This document shows, one piece after another, positions 19,674 through 29,618 of a stretch of DNA of 64,000 nt. Made by a program: the position numbers and the translations under genes. Position 1 is the stretch's first letter, and each line of letters opens with the position of its first letter. The notes under the pieces are model-generated. The model was not told where the DNA came from. It saw nothing but the letters and a program-made list of their open reading frames with translations, and searched no databases. Source of the DNA: Myxococcales bacterium (GTDB lineage Bacteria > Myxococcota_A > Polyangia > Polyangiales > DASUME01); contig JASGJH010000001.1 of NCBI GenBank assembly GCA_047601445.1, positions 7,552,001 to 7,616,000 on the forward strand, read 5' to 3'.

Positions 19674-20498
19674 ATGTCGCGGTTCAAGCAATACCTTGGT
19701 TCGGCGCTCATCGCGCTGCTGTTCGCCGGCTGCACCGAAGATGTGCCTCTGCCGCCAGGGATCTCGGGAGACGCGAGTTCCGAAGCGAATGGTGATGGCG
19801 ATGGCGATGGCGACGCGGACGCAGGTTGCGACGAGAACTCCGCACAGACCTGTGACTGCGACGGCGGAGCCACCGGTATTGCGGTCTGTTCGAATGGCCA
19901 CTTGGGCGCTTGCACGGCCTGTGTTGCCGAATCGACTGGTTCGAGCCGCTGCGTCCCCGGCACGTATGTGGGCCACTCAATGGGCACCTACAGCGGCGGC
20001 GGAGCTTTCTGGGGTCTTATTCCAGGCTGGAATGTGAACACCAAGAACGGCATCGTCTTGCGACTCAGCAATGCCGACGAGGGCAGCGAGTTCTCCGAGG
20101 TGAATAGCGGCTGCCTCGAGGCAAGGCTGCCCGACGGCGGCTTGGACACCACGGCGGGTGGCCTGCTCACGGGCACAGTGGACTGCAGCACAGGTCGTCT
20201 GGATGCGGTACTGCGGAACTACGGCGAACGCCCGACCGGGCTCACCTTGGCGCTAGAACGATGGTACGCGCGAGGCGTGGTGCACGCGACCTACGATCCC
20301 GCCACGCACTCCTTCAATGGAACATGGGAGCAGCACGAGCCGCCCGACGCGTTCAACATGGTCGCTGGCGGAAGCGGGACCCTGACTATCGCGGAGGCGG
20401 ATGCTGGAGTTTCGGACGAAGGGCGGAAGGGCACGACCTTCGAGGAGTGCTGGGGCTTCGCGTTTCCTGATGAAAAGTTTCCCGACGCCGGCCCCTAG
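19674..20498 (+). CDS. Cys-rich myxobacterial lipoprotein
   Basis: LFAGC lipobox, GDGDGDGD tract, DAG motifs, Cys clusters. Confidence 0.8.
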   Translation: MSRFKQYLGSALIALLFAGCTEDVPLPPGISGDASSEANGDGDGDGDADAGCDENSAQTCDCDGGATGIAVCSNGHLGACTACVAESTGSSRCVPGTYVGHSMGTYSGGGAFWGLIPGWNVNTKNGIVLRLSNADEGSEFSEVNSGCLEARLPDGGLDTTAGGLLTGTVDCSTGRLDAVLRNYGERPTGLTLALERWYARGVVHATYDPATHSFNGTWEQHEPPDAFNMVAGGSGTLTIAEADAGVSDEGRKGTTFEECWGFAFPDEKFPDAGP

Positions 20499-20712
20499 AA
20501 CGAAACGACCAGAGCCAACGTTGAAGGCCTTGCCAAAGAAAGGCTTCATCAGAGGCCAGTTTTGCACCCACCGTCATCCTTTGTTTCAACCGCCCCGCCC
20601 CGTGTCGCCACAATCACGTCGCTTGTCTGAGTTCACGATCAGCCATCCAACCATAGCGAAGGACGAACCGCTCACCTTCCGGCGATTCCTGCCCGGCAGA
20701 GCCGGACTCAGT

Positions 20713-20958
20713 GTGCAGGTTTACATTTGGCCGGACCTTTGCCTGGTCGTTCGCCAAGTTGCGGATAAGCGAGTAGTTCTAACCGGTCGCTACCAGCGTG
20801 GGCGGATTACCTGGGATCAAGAGCCATCCTCCAAAGTCTCGGAAACGGCCCAGGAGATCATCGGTGCCGACGTGAGTGATGCACTGCAGATTTTCCATCA
20901 GCGCTGCGTAGACCCTCGCCTATGGACCTCGGTCCAAGCCGCTCTCGTTCAACTGTAG
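20713..20958 (+). CDS. Small hypothetical protein
   Basis: Protein-like 3' part of ORF 20401..20958 from a GTG start. Confidence 0.4.
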   Translation: MQVYIWPDLCLVVRQVADKRVVLTGRYQRGRITWDQEPSSKVSETAQEIIGADVSDALQIFHQRCVDPRLWTSVQAALVQL

Positions 20959-21175
20959 TGCGCCAATGGCATCGGGATGCCTTGGGCGCTCGCGATAGCG
21001 AGCCTCACGGTGCGGCACGCTGTTGCCTGCGTGCCATCAGCCGTGCGCGCCAGCATGCGCGAAGTGCCCGTTTCAGCGCCGTTTCGCGGTGCAATTTCTC
21101 TGACTGAGGAGGCCGTTCCCGTGGAAGGATCTGGCCAGGTCAAAGTCGCAAAGACAGAATGCCTAGCGCTCCTCA

Positions 21176-21580
21176 TTGGGGAGCTACAGGAGTAAATCGC
21201 CGGTGCGAACTCAAAGTCTTGCAGAACGGAAATTCGCCACCGCCATCGAGTGTCTCGCGACCGGAACGGGCACCATTCAAGAGCGCTTGCAAACCGCCTG
21301 CACTTGCCTGGTCGGACTGGGGCATGCGGACATACCACTCGTCGTCCGCGATAGGTGGAAGTCCATCGCAGGTCGCAGCGCGACCTGCGGTGAGCTTTCC
21401 AGTCGCGAGGCGCGCGAGCTCGCCATCTTGTTTGTGGAGGTCGCGCGCGAACTTGCATTCGTCCACCTGGCACAACCCGACGAGAATCATGCGACTGTCA
21501 CGACTGGAGATGAAAGCAAGGAGCCGGCGATGCAGGCCAGGTCGACGGCACGTCTCAAGAGGGACCCGGCCAAGGGGTAG
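21176..21580 (+). CDS. Hypothetical helical protein (start uncertain)
   Basis: AERKFATAIECLATGTGTIQERLQTA reads as amphipathic protein. Confidence 0.45.
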   Translation: MGSYRSKSPVRTQSLAERKFATAIECLATGTGTIQERLQTACTCLVGLGHADIPLVVRDRWKSIAGRSATCGELSSREARELAILFVEVARELAFVHLAQPDENHATVTTGDESKEPAMQARSTARLKRDPAKG

Positions 21581-21598
21581 GCGGGCCAGCCGACGGGT

Positions 21599-21883
21599 TT
21601 ACCTTCGTGGAGGTCCCGGATCGCTGGTTGCGGAGGTGTACTTGCCGATCAGGATGCCGACGAGCGTCTCGTCGTAGGCGCGTTCGAGGTCGGCGGACTT
21701 GAAGCCAGTGATGAAGGCCACCGCGATGCCGAGCACCGCAAGCGGCGGCCAGGGCAACACGGCGACGTCTACTCCGAACCGGTGGAGAATCAGGGGGAGC
21801 GAGCCCAGCCCTACGAGGTAAGCGATGTCACGCCTGGTCCAAGCCAGGATCTCCCGCAAACTGCAGTGCCGACCCGCAGGCAT
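21599..21883 (-). pseudogene. Truncated bestrophin-family (YneE-like) channel, N-terminus only
   Basis: AGRHCSLREILAWTRRDI...PWPPLAVLGIAVAFITGFK matches the bestrophin N-terminus; the expected N..Y.R.WEAR motif and the rest of the protein are missing. Confidence 0.65.
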
Positions 21884-21886
21884 CGC

Positions 21887-22147
21887 TCAGTGCCACTTCC
21901 ACCAGAGCGCGAGCGCGATGGCAGCTGGCACCGCGAACACGACCAGAAAGACTGGCGCTTCGTCCGCTACGCTGTAGCCCGCGCGCTTCACGCCGATGTA
22001 CATGTTGATGGAGGCTCCGATGAACCACAGCGGCAGGAATGCCACGAGCGCGCGCATCATTCCGCTGTGGCCACCGACGATCCGTCCCAGCCCCGCCGCG
22101 AACGCGAGCACCAGGAGTCCAGTTCCAATGATGGCGAGGGTATGCAT
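21887..22147 (-). CDS. Small 3-TM membrane protein
   Basis: FLPLWFIGASINMYIGVKRAGYSVADEAPVFLVVFAVPA. Confidence 0.75.
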   Translation of the reverse strand: MHTLAIIGTGLLVLAFAAGLGRIVGGHSGMMRALVAFLPLWFIGASINMYIGVKRAGYSVADEAPVFLVVFAVPAAIALALWWKWH

Positions 22148-22160
22148 GGTCGCCCGGCCT

Positions 22161-22481
22161 CTACTGCGCTTGTCCGATGTCAAGGCGACGGATCTTGCCA
22201 GCGGGGGAGAGCTTGAAGCGAAAGAATGTCCTGAAGTTTCCCCACTGGTCGGAGTGGAATGCGCCGACGACTTCGAGCCCGTCGTCGCTCACGCTTTCGA
22301 TGCTGGTGAAGCGCTCGTGCCCGAGTGCCTGCTCAATGAACTCTCGGAGACTGCGCGGACTACCATCGTCGTATAGAGTCGCGTCGGGCTCAAATTGGGA
22401 ATCCCATGTGGCCCGGTCGCCCCGCTCGAGGGCGTCGATGGTGGCTCTCACGATCGGGTTCTTCAAGCGTTCGGAACTCAT
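22161..22481 (-). CDS. SnoaL/NTF2-like protein
   Basis: VRATIDALERGDR..W...F..DATLYDDG...FHSDQWG.F.T.F.F...GKIRRLDIGQA. Confidence 0.85.
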   Translation of the reverse strand: MSSERLKNPIVRATIDALERGDRATWDSQFEPDATLYDDGSPRSLREFIEQALGHERFTSIESVSDDGLEVVGAFHSDQWGNFRTFFRFKLSPAGKIRRLDIGQAQ

Positions 22482-22635
22482 GTGCTGTTCTCCGAGTCAT
22501 GTGGAGATGCGAAGCATTCGCGAACGGGAGTCCTCCCTGCTCGGTCGGATGAACCCCTCGCTGACTTTGAGCTTGCGCAAACGAATACCTAGCTCGCAGG
22601 AGGCAGGCCCGGAAGCGCATGGTGACCCGACACTG

Positions 22636-22654
22636 TGTTTAGGTTCCCTAAACA
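22636..22654. promoter_or_regulatory. Putative LysR operator
   Basis: TGTTTAGG-TTC-CCTAAACA perfect AT-rich palindrome between the LysR stop and the SnoaL gene. Confidence 0.6.
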
Positions 22655-22655
22655 A

Positions 22656-23618
22656 TCAGCGGCGGTGAGGGCCGCGCGCGCGTCGACCTGGCGAGGTGCG
22701 CGTCGGTGAGGCATCTGGATCCAGCATCCCATGGCGCTCGAAGAGCGTGCTGGCCCAGTTGGCAAAAGCCACCAAACGTACGGGCACTTGTCGACGACTC
22801 GGGTAGACCAATGAAACGGCGAGAGGCGGCGGTGCATGTCGTGTCAGGATCGGAAGGAGCGCTCCTGATTCCAAGTGATGACGAACGTCATAGGCGGGGA
22901 TCTGAATGATCCCAAGGCCTGCCAAGCAGGCCGCGACGTAGGTTTCTGCGTTGTCGACGGTCACCACGCTACGGGCTGGAATCGAACGCTCATCGCCAGC
23001 GACGACATAGTCCCAGCTGGTCGTGCCAGAGAACGACGGCGAGTAGGCAACGATGAGGTGATCCTTCAGGTCACTCAAACTCGCCGGCCTCCCGAAGCGG
23101 GCGACGTACGAGGGGCTTGCGCAGTTAATCTGTGTCATCAAGCCCAACGAACGTACGATGTGGCTCGAGTCTCGCAGGGGACCGACCCGCACCACCGCGT
23201 CGACCCCCTTCTCGACCAGGTTGACCGTGCGATCGGAAGCGCCGAGATACACCTCGAGCGCGGGGTTCTGAGCGAGAAACTCGGGGAGTGCAGGAATGAT
23301 CACGCGACGCGCGATTCTGGTGGGGACGTCGATCGCGAGACGCCCCGCCACGCGCGGTGATGCCTCGCGGAACAATAGCTCGGCCGCCTCGACCCGCGAA
23401 AGTATCTCTCTCGCGCGCTCCAGGTACAGGCGTCCTTCCGCCGTGAGACTGACGCTGCGAGTCGTGCGCTGGACCAACCGCACTCCGAGCTGCTCCTCGA
23501 GCTGCTGCAGCGCTATGGAAACGGTAGCTCGGGACACCCCTAGCGAGGCGGCTGCTTTGGTGAAGCTAGAGGTCTCGGCTACCTGCGCGAAGATCGACAT
23601 TAGGTTGAGACGGTCCAT
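22656..23618 (-). CDS. LysR family regulator (CrgA/DmlR-like)
   Basis: MDRLNLMSIFAQVAETSSFTKAA..LG, RTTRSVSLTAEG, ASPSYVARFGRP. Confidence 0.95.
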   Translation of the reverse strand: MDRLNLMSIFAQVAETSSFTKAAASLGVSRATVSIALQQLEEQLGVRLVQRTTRSVSLTAEGRLYLERAREILSRVEAAELLFREASPRVAGRLAIDVPTRIARRVIIPALPEFLAQNPALEVYLGASDRTVNLVEKGVDAVVRVGPLRDSSHIVRSLGLMTQINCASPSYVARFGRPASLSDLKDHLIVAYSPSFSGTTSWDYVVAGDERSIPARSVVTVDNAETYVAACLAGLGIIQIPAYDVRHHLESGALLPILTRHAPPPLAVSLVYPSRRQVPVRLVAFANWASTLFERHGMLDPDASPTRTSPGRRARGPHRR

Positions 23619-23772
23619 CTGTTTGAGAACGTAGCCGATCGTCGGGCCTCCCAAAACGTGTGTCCACGCTCGCGCGCGCCAGGTCGCGGCACGGGCTGGT
23701 CTTGTTGTTGGACCAATGCGGCGCAACCTTGGTCGGGCCTTTACCTGTCCACCGCTCGGTAGCACTTCAGGA

Positions 23773-24110
23773 ATGCGAGCCGAGATGTTCGGCTGCGCCA
23801 TGCGTACCGCGGCCCGGGTCGTGCTCCGCATGATCCCGCCTACATGTATAGCTTCGAGATTCCTCCCGCTGCCCACGCCCAGGAGCTCGACTACGTCTTC
23901 GGCTGGCCCAGCGGCGAGCTCTCCAAGAGCTATTCCGAGGCTCCGTTTCCGTTGCCTCAGAACATGGTCGATGCAATCCAGAGTTACTGGGCAAACTTCG
24001 TCGCGACCGGGAACCCCAACGGCCCCGGACTACCTGCCTGGCCTCGCTACACGAACGAAGGCAACCGCCAGATGGTGCTCGGACTGACGTTCGTGAGGGG
24101 ACCGCCCTAA
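23773..24110 (+). pseudogene. Carboxylesterase type B C-terminal remnant
   Basis: EMFGCAMRTAAR, then a frame change, then YMYSF...AAHAQELDYVFG...YWANFVATGNPNGPGLPAWPRY; no N-terminal GESAG catalytic region. Confidence 0.75.
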
Positions 24111-24174
24111 CCGGCGATGACTGCGGCGTCTGGGATGAGTATGCGTCTCGACCGTGACAGCGTGACACCCGCCG

Positions 24175-25116
24175 CTACATGCGCACGACTAGCTTGCCTC
24201 GCGCGCGCCGCGTCTCGAGGTGCTGCATGGCTTCGATCAGCTCGTCGCGCGCGTAGACGCGCTCGATGGAGGGGCGCAGCGATCCGTCATCGAGCCAGCT
24301 CGCCAGCAGCGCGAGATCACGCTGACGCGACCGCACGGCCGTCAAGCGAGTGCGCGGACCGGACACCACGCCGCGCGCGATGTCGCCCACGATGCCCGCC
24401 GATGGAACGAGCGACACGAATCGGCCGCCCGGAGCGAGCACCGGCCGCAGGGCATCTGCGCGGGCCTTGCCAAAGCAGTCGAGGACGAGATCGTAGGGGC
24501 CGTCTCCGAGCGCGCGCTGCGAAGCGTAGTCCAGCACTTGATCGGCGCCGAGCGACACCAGGAGTTCGCGATTGCGCACGCTCGCCGAAGCCGCCACCGT
24601 GGCGCCGAGCTTCTTTGCGAGTTGCACGGCAAAGCTGCCTACACCGCCAGAAGCACCGATCACCAGCACGCGCTCGCCGCGCTGAAGCTTTCCGTCATCA
24701 CGCAGCGCCTGCAGGGCCGTGGAGCCTGCGAGCCCCGTCGCCGCCGCGTCCTCGGCGCTGACGCGATCCGCGACAACCGCGACCTCGCCCTGCGTGACCA
24801 CGACGCGGTCGACCAAGGAGCCGCGCAGGGCGCGAAAGCCACCGAAGAAGCCGAACACTCGCTTGCCGAGCCGCTCGTTCGGTACACCCGGTCCCACTGC
24901 CGTTACGCGGCCCGCAAAGTCGAGACCCAGGCGCTTGGGAAACTGCTTGCCCGACAGCAGAGCGTACTTGCCCTTGCGTACGAGCACGTCCTTCGGGTTG
25001 AGCGCCGCGGCTTCGACCGCCACCAGCATTTCGGCTGGCCCGCAGCGAGGCTCCTCGATGTCCTCCCAGTGCGCTACGTCAGCGGGGCCATACTTGCGGT
25101 AAACGACTGCCTTCAT
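24175..25116 (-). CDS. NAD(P)-dependent alcohol dehydrogenase / quinone reductase (MDR family)
   Basis: MKAVVYRKYGPA, AALNPKD, GLDFAG, VLVIGASGGVGSFAVQLAK, ARGKLVV. Confidence 0.92.
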   Translation of the reverse strand: MKAVVYRKYGPADVAHWEDIEEPRCGPAEMLVAVEAAALNPKDVLVRKGKYALLSGKQFPKRLGLDFAGRVTAVGPGVPNERLGKRVFGFFGGFRALRGSLVDRVVVTQGEVAVVADRVSAEDAAATGLAGSTALQALRDDGKLQRGERVLVIGASGGVGSFAVQLAKKLGATVAASASVRNRELLVSLGADQVLDYASQRALGDGPYDLVLDCFGKARADALRPVLAPGGRFVSLVPSAGIVGDIARGVVSGPRTRLTAVRSRQRDLALLASWLDDGSLRPSIERVYARDELIEAMQHLETRRARGKLVVRM

Positions 25117-25215
25117 CTCCGTCCGTCCATGGGCCACCATTTTCGTCCCGACCGCGAGATGACGCAAGGTCATGTCCGTCAGGACATCCCGCGGATGCGA
25201 ACGGCTTCGGAGAGT

Positions 25216-28200
25216 TCACTCTGCAAGTACACTGGGCGCGGTCTCCGAACCCCCGCTGAGGAGGGCTTCCATTTCGTCCTCACCGCGATCCACCGGAATT
25301 CGCTTGGAACGCCGCGCAAGCCAGCTCCGCACGTCGTCCACGAAGCTGTGGATCACGGGCACCGCGAGCAACGTGAGCAAGAGCGAGAGCGTTTGTCCGC
25401 CCACCACGATGCTGGCGGTCGCCTTGTTGAAGCCGGCGCCGACGCCGCCCGAGAACAACAGCGGCGCCATACCGGCCACGAAGGCTATGGTCGTCATCAG
25501 GATGGGGCGCAGGCGGTCGCGGTTGGCCTCCAGCAGAGAATCGAGCTGAGAGCGGCCGAGCTTGCGCAGGTGATTGGTGTGGTCCACCTGCAGGATGCTG
25601 TTCTTCTTCACGACCCCGAACAGCACGAGCAGACCCAACATGGAGAACATGTTGATGCTCTGGCCGAAGATCTTGAGACTGATGAAGGCGAACGGCACGG
25701 TCAGCGGCAAGGTCGCGAGGATGATGGCGGGATCGACCCACGACTCGAACTGTGCGGCGAGGATCAGGTACATGAACACGAAGGCCATACCGAGCGCGAG
25801 GATGAAGCCGGCGGCGGTTTCGGCCGAGGACTTGGCAGCACCGGTGGGCTGTAGGCGATAGCCCGGGGGCACGTGTAGCTCATCGAAGGCGGTCTTGATG
25901 ATACTGCCTACCTCGGCTTCGCCGACGCCGGCGGCGGCGTTGGCCAGCAAGGTGATCTGACGCTCGCGGCCATAGCGGTTGATGCGCGACTTTCCGATGT
26001 CGTCCACCCAGTGCACCACCGAGCTCAACGGCACGCTGCCGTATTTGGTGGAGGGCACGCTCATGAGCGAGAGCGAAGACGGGTCGGCGCGGAACTTCTC
26101 TTCGGCGCGGATGCGGATGTCGAACTCCTCGCCCAGCTCCGGATAGGTGGAGGCCTTCACACCGGCCACCAGCATTTGCAGGGTGGAGGCCACGTTCTGC
26201 ACGTTCACGCCCAGGTCGGCCGCGCGATCGCGGTCGATCACCACGCGCACCTCGGGACGGCCCGGGATGTTGGTGGTGTCCACGTCCACGGCCTTACCGC
26301 TCTTGCGCAGGGCAGCGACCACGTGCTCGGCATTCTTCTCGAGAACCGAGTAATCGGGGCCGGACAGGATGTACTGCACGCGCTGGGTGTTGCCACCCAG
26401 GGCGAAGTCGGGCACCTCGGCCACGTTGATGCGCAGATCCTTCGGCATCTTGCCGAGTACGAGCGTGCGCGCCTGGTCCATGATGGCGAACTGCGAGAGC
26501 TTGCGATCACCGGGATCGGTCAGGTCGACGTAGAGCTGGGCGTAGTTGCGCGAGCGCTGGTCGTCTTCGCCGATCGTGATCAACACGTGCGTGACGGAAG
26601 GCAGTGTGCGCAGCAGCGCCTCGGCGCGCTCGGCGATCAGCAGAGTCTCCTCGGAGCTGGTGCCTTCGGGGGCCCGCATGGTGACCTGGAACTTGGCCTT
26701 GTCGTCCAACGGCAAGAACGAGCCTGGCAGCGACTTGGCCACCGGCACGCACGAGCCGAGGGCCGCCATGCACGCGAGCACGACTACCCAGCGGCGCCGC
26801 AGCGAGAAGGCAAGCATCGCCATGTAGACGCGCTCGATGGGGCGATAGAAGAAGTCGACCAGCCGCGTGAGCCAGCCGCCGCCGTGGCCGCCGAGCCAGC
26901 GAGCCGACAACATAGGCGTGAGGGAGAAGCTCACGATCAGCGAGACGCCGATCGAGAAGGCCATGGTGTAGCCGAAGCTCTTGAGGAAGCGCCCCGGGAT
27001 GCCGCCGATGAACGCCACCGGGATGAACACGGCCATCAGCGAGAGCGTGGTGGCCAACACCGCGAGCCCGATTTCCTTGGTGGCCAGCACGGCCGCAGGG
27101 AAGGGCTTCATGTGCTTCTCGTCGATGAAGCGGATGATGTTCTCGAGCACCACGATGGCGTCGTCGATCACGATGCCCACGGCGAGAGCCAGCGCGAGCA
27201 AGGTGATGTTGTTCAGGGTGTAGCCCCGGGCGTACATCAGGCCGAAGGTGCCGATCACGGACACGGGAATGGCGAGGCCAGCGATGATGGTGCTGCGGGC
27301 GTTGCCCAGGAACAACAAGACTACGATCGCTGCCAGGAACGCGCCCACGATCAGGTGCTCGATGACCGAGTGCACGCTGGTGCGGATGGTGCGCGAGTTG
27401 TCGCGGATTACGCTCAGCTCCACGCCCTTGGGCAGCGCTGCGCGCACCTCGTCGATGCGCTTGAAGACGTTGTCCACCACTTCGATGGTGTTGGTGCCCG
27501 CCTGCTTCACGACCGAGAGCACCACGGCTTCCTTGCCGTCGTAGCGGGCGAGGCTCTCCACGGCCTCCTCGCCGTCTTCCACGGTGGCCACGTCCGACAG
27601 GCGCAGGATGCGACCCTGATCGGAGCGCACGACCAGCCTGCCTACGGCCTCCACCGAGGTGACGCGACCGTCGATGCGTAGGGTCACGCTCTGTGGGCCG
27701 GTCTCCAGGTTGCCGCCGGGAGTGGTCAGGTTTTGTGCCTGGAGCGTCCGCATCACGTCGACCGCGGTGAGGCCTGCGGCGCGCAGCGCGAGCGGGTTCA
27801 TCATCACATTGATCTGGCGCTTACGACCGCCGATCACGGTCACCTTGCCGACGCCGAGGATGGTCTCGACTTGGCGCCGCACCTTTTTGTCGGCGAGCTC
27901 GGAGAGGTCGCGCACGCTGAAGCCCTGTCCGCGCAAGCCGAGGTAGACCACGGGCGTCGCTCCGGGATCGACCTTGGTGACGATGGGCGGGTCGATGCCC
28001 TCGGGCAGGTCGCGCAGCGCCGTGTTCACCTTGTCGCGCACCTCCTGGGCGGCCACGTCGGTGTCCTTCTCGAGCTTGAAGCGGATGATGACCTGGGAGA
28101 TGCCCTCGCTGGAGACGGAGGCCAGGTCGTCGATGCCGGAGATCTGACTGACCGCGCCCTCGATCTTGTCGGTGACGTCGGTCTCGATTTCCTCCGGAGC

Positions 28201-28365
28201 TCCGCCCGGAAGCGTGGTGTTGACCACCACCACGGGGATATCGATGTTCGGGAACTGGTCTACGCCGAGCCCCTTGTACCCGACGGCGCCGAGCACGAGG
28301 ATCACCAGCATGAGGACCGATGCGAAGACCGGTCGTTGTACGCAAACTCTGGCTAGCCATTGCAT
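25216..28365 (-). CDS. RND efflux permease (AcrB family)
   Basis: RPVFA, GIVIDDAIVVLEN, RLRPILMTT; about 1050 aa. Confidence 0.97.
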   Translation of the reverse strand: MQWLARVCVQRPVFASVLMLVILVLGAVGYKGLGVDQFPNIDIPVVVVNTTLPGGAPEEIETDVTDKIEGAVSQISGIDDLASVSSEGISQVIIRFKLEKDTDVAAQEVRDKVNTALRDLPEGIDPPIVTKVDPGATPVVYLGLRGQGFSVRDLSELADKKVRRQVETILGVGKVTVIGGRKRQINVMMNPLALRAAGLTAVDVMRTLQAQNLTTPGGNLETGPQSVTLRIDGRVTSVEAVGRLVVRSDQGRILRLSDVATVEDGEEAVESLARYDGKEAVVLSVVKQAGTNTIEVVDNVFKRIDEVRAALPKGVELSVIRDNSRTIRTSVHSVIEHLIVGAFLAAIVVLLFLGNARSTIIAGLAIPVSVIGTFGLMYARGYTLNNITLLALALAVGIVIDDAIVVLENIIRFIDEKHMKPFPAAVLATKEIGLAVLATTLSLMAVFIPVAFIGGIPGRFLKSFGYTMAFSIGVSLIVSFSLTPMLSARWLGGHGGGWLTRLVDFFYRPIERVYMAMLAFSLRRRWVVVLACMAALGSCVPVAKSLPGSFLPLDDKAKFQVTMRAPEGTSSEETLLIAERAEALLRTLPSVTHVLITIGEDDQRSRNYAQLYVDLTDPGDRKLSQFAIMDQARTLVLGKMPKDLRINVAEVPDFALGGNTQRVQYILSGPDYSVLEKNAEHVVAALRKSGKAVDVDTTNIPGRPEVRVVIDRDRAADLGVNVQNVASTLQMLVAGVKASTYPELGEEFDIRIRAEEKFRADPSSLSLMSVPSTKYGSVPLSSVVHWVDDIGKSRINRYGRERQITLLANAAAGVGEAEVGSIIKTAFDELHVPPGYRLQPTGAAKSSAETAAGFILALGMAFVFMYLILAAQFESWVDPAIILATLPLTVPFAFISLKIFGQSINMFSMLGLLVLFGVVKKNSILQVDHTNHLRKLGRSQLDSLLEANRDRLRPILMTTIAFVAGMAPLLFSGGVGAGFNKATASIVVGGQTLSLLLTLLAVPVIHSFVDDVRSWLARRSKRIPVDRGEDEMEALLSGGSETAPSVLAE

Positions 28366-28453
28366 GGTCGTATGCCTCGTGAGTCGAAGCGCGCCCTCGG
28401 GCGTCGCGAGCAAGAAATCGCGCGCCAGCGGGCAGCGCAGCAGGAGGAATCTT

Positions 28454-29578
28454 TCAGTTCACGGCCTGGCCGTTGCTCAGCTCTTTGGCGTAGGTGCTCA
28501 CCACCTGTTCGCCGAGCTCCACGCCGCGCAGCACGGGCAGACGACCCGCGTCGGCGGCAGGCGCTTGCGCGTGGGCGGCGCCGTCGGTGTCGATCTGGAG
28601 CACGCGTTGCTCGAGTCGACCGTCCTTCACCACGAAGACGTTCTGCTTGCCGTTCTGCTCGAACACGGCGGTCTTGGGCACCGACGGGAGCGCGCGCTGG
28701 CCCAAGATGAGGGCCACGTCCGCGAACATGCCGGGCAGGAGCTTGTGATCCGCGTTCGGCACGATGGCCTCCACCAGCACGTCGCGTGTTTCGCGTACGG
28801 CGCCAGCGATGTGGGCCACTTTGCCGTGGAACGCAGTGTCACCGTAGGCGATCACCCGGAGCGACACGTCCGAGTCGTGCTTGACGTCGGGCCAGTTTGC
28901 CTCGGGCACGCTGAATTCCAGGCGCAGCTCGTCGACCTGCACGATGGACGCGATCTTGGTCGAGGCTTGCACGTACTCGCCCTGCTCGATGAAGCGCTCG
29001 GCGATGACGCCCGAGAAGGGCGCGCTGATGGCGCCGTCGCCCAGGTTCTTGGCTGCGATCGCCTCGCGTGCACGGGCGGCTTCCACATTGAGCGGAGCAG
29101 TCTTGCACTTGGCGGTGACCTGGTCGTATTCGAGGTCGGTGGCCGCACCCTTGGCCTTGAGCTGCTCGTAGCGGGCGCAGTCGGCGCGGTTGATGGCCTC
29201 CTGCGTCTGCGAGTTCGCCACTTGCACACGGGCTTCGGCGAGAGCCAGCGAGGCCGACTTCATATCGACCTGGGCGAGTACGGTCCCCAGCTTGACCTCC
29301 GAGCCGCGCTCGACGAAGACCTTGCTGACGCGCCCTGCGACGTTGGCGGCCAGGTCGGTCTCGCGCGCGCCACGCAGGACGCCGGTTAGGCGCAGCACGC
29401 GCGGCGAGTCCAGCGTGGTCACGGGCGTGGCCGCTACGTGGACGGCGGCGGGAGCTTGCTCGGCCTGTGCCTTGGTCGGCGCAGCGCTCGGCTTGCAGCC
29501 GGCGAACGCGAGCAAGCACGGGAGCGCGAGGGGCAGGAGAGAGCGGTGGCGGAGGCGAGTGAAGTAGATGGAAGCCAT
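28454..29578 (-). CDS. RND periplasmic adaptor (MFP)
   Basis: FAGC lipobox, VAGRVSKVFVERG, ISAPFSGVI, LLPGMFA. Confidence 0.95.
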   Translation of the reverse strand: MASIYFTRLRHRSLLPLALPCLLAFAGCKPSAAPTKAQAEQAPAAVHVAATPVTTLDSPRVLRLTGVLRGARETDLAANVAGRVSKVFVERGSEVKLGTVLAQVDMKSASLALAEARVQVANSQTQEAINRADCARYEQLKAKGAATDLEYDQVTAKCKTAPLNVEAARAREAIAAKNLGDGAISAPFSGVIAERFIEQGEYVQASTKIASIVQVDELRLEFSVPEANWPDVKHDSDVSLRVIAYGDTAFHGKVAHIAGAVRETRDVLVEAIVPNADHKLLPGMFADVALILGQRALPSVPKTAVFEQNGKQNVFVVKDGRLEQRVLQIDTDGAAHAQAPAADAGRLPVLRGVELGEQVVSTYAKELSNGQAVN

Positions 29579-29618
29579 GGGGACCTGAGGGCGTGAAGGG
29601 GACACTCTGGGCGAAAGC

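Noticed and set aside
24220..29389. Long plus-strand ORFs (544, 556, 407 aa) and similar ones elsewhere (9925..11202, 47783..49489, 56431..58314, 58333..60339)
   Set aside because: Antisense shadows of well-supported genes, expected with high GC3 bias
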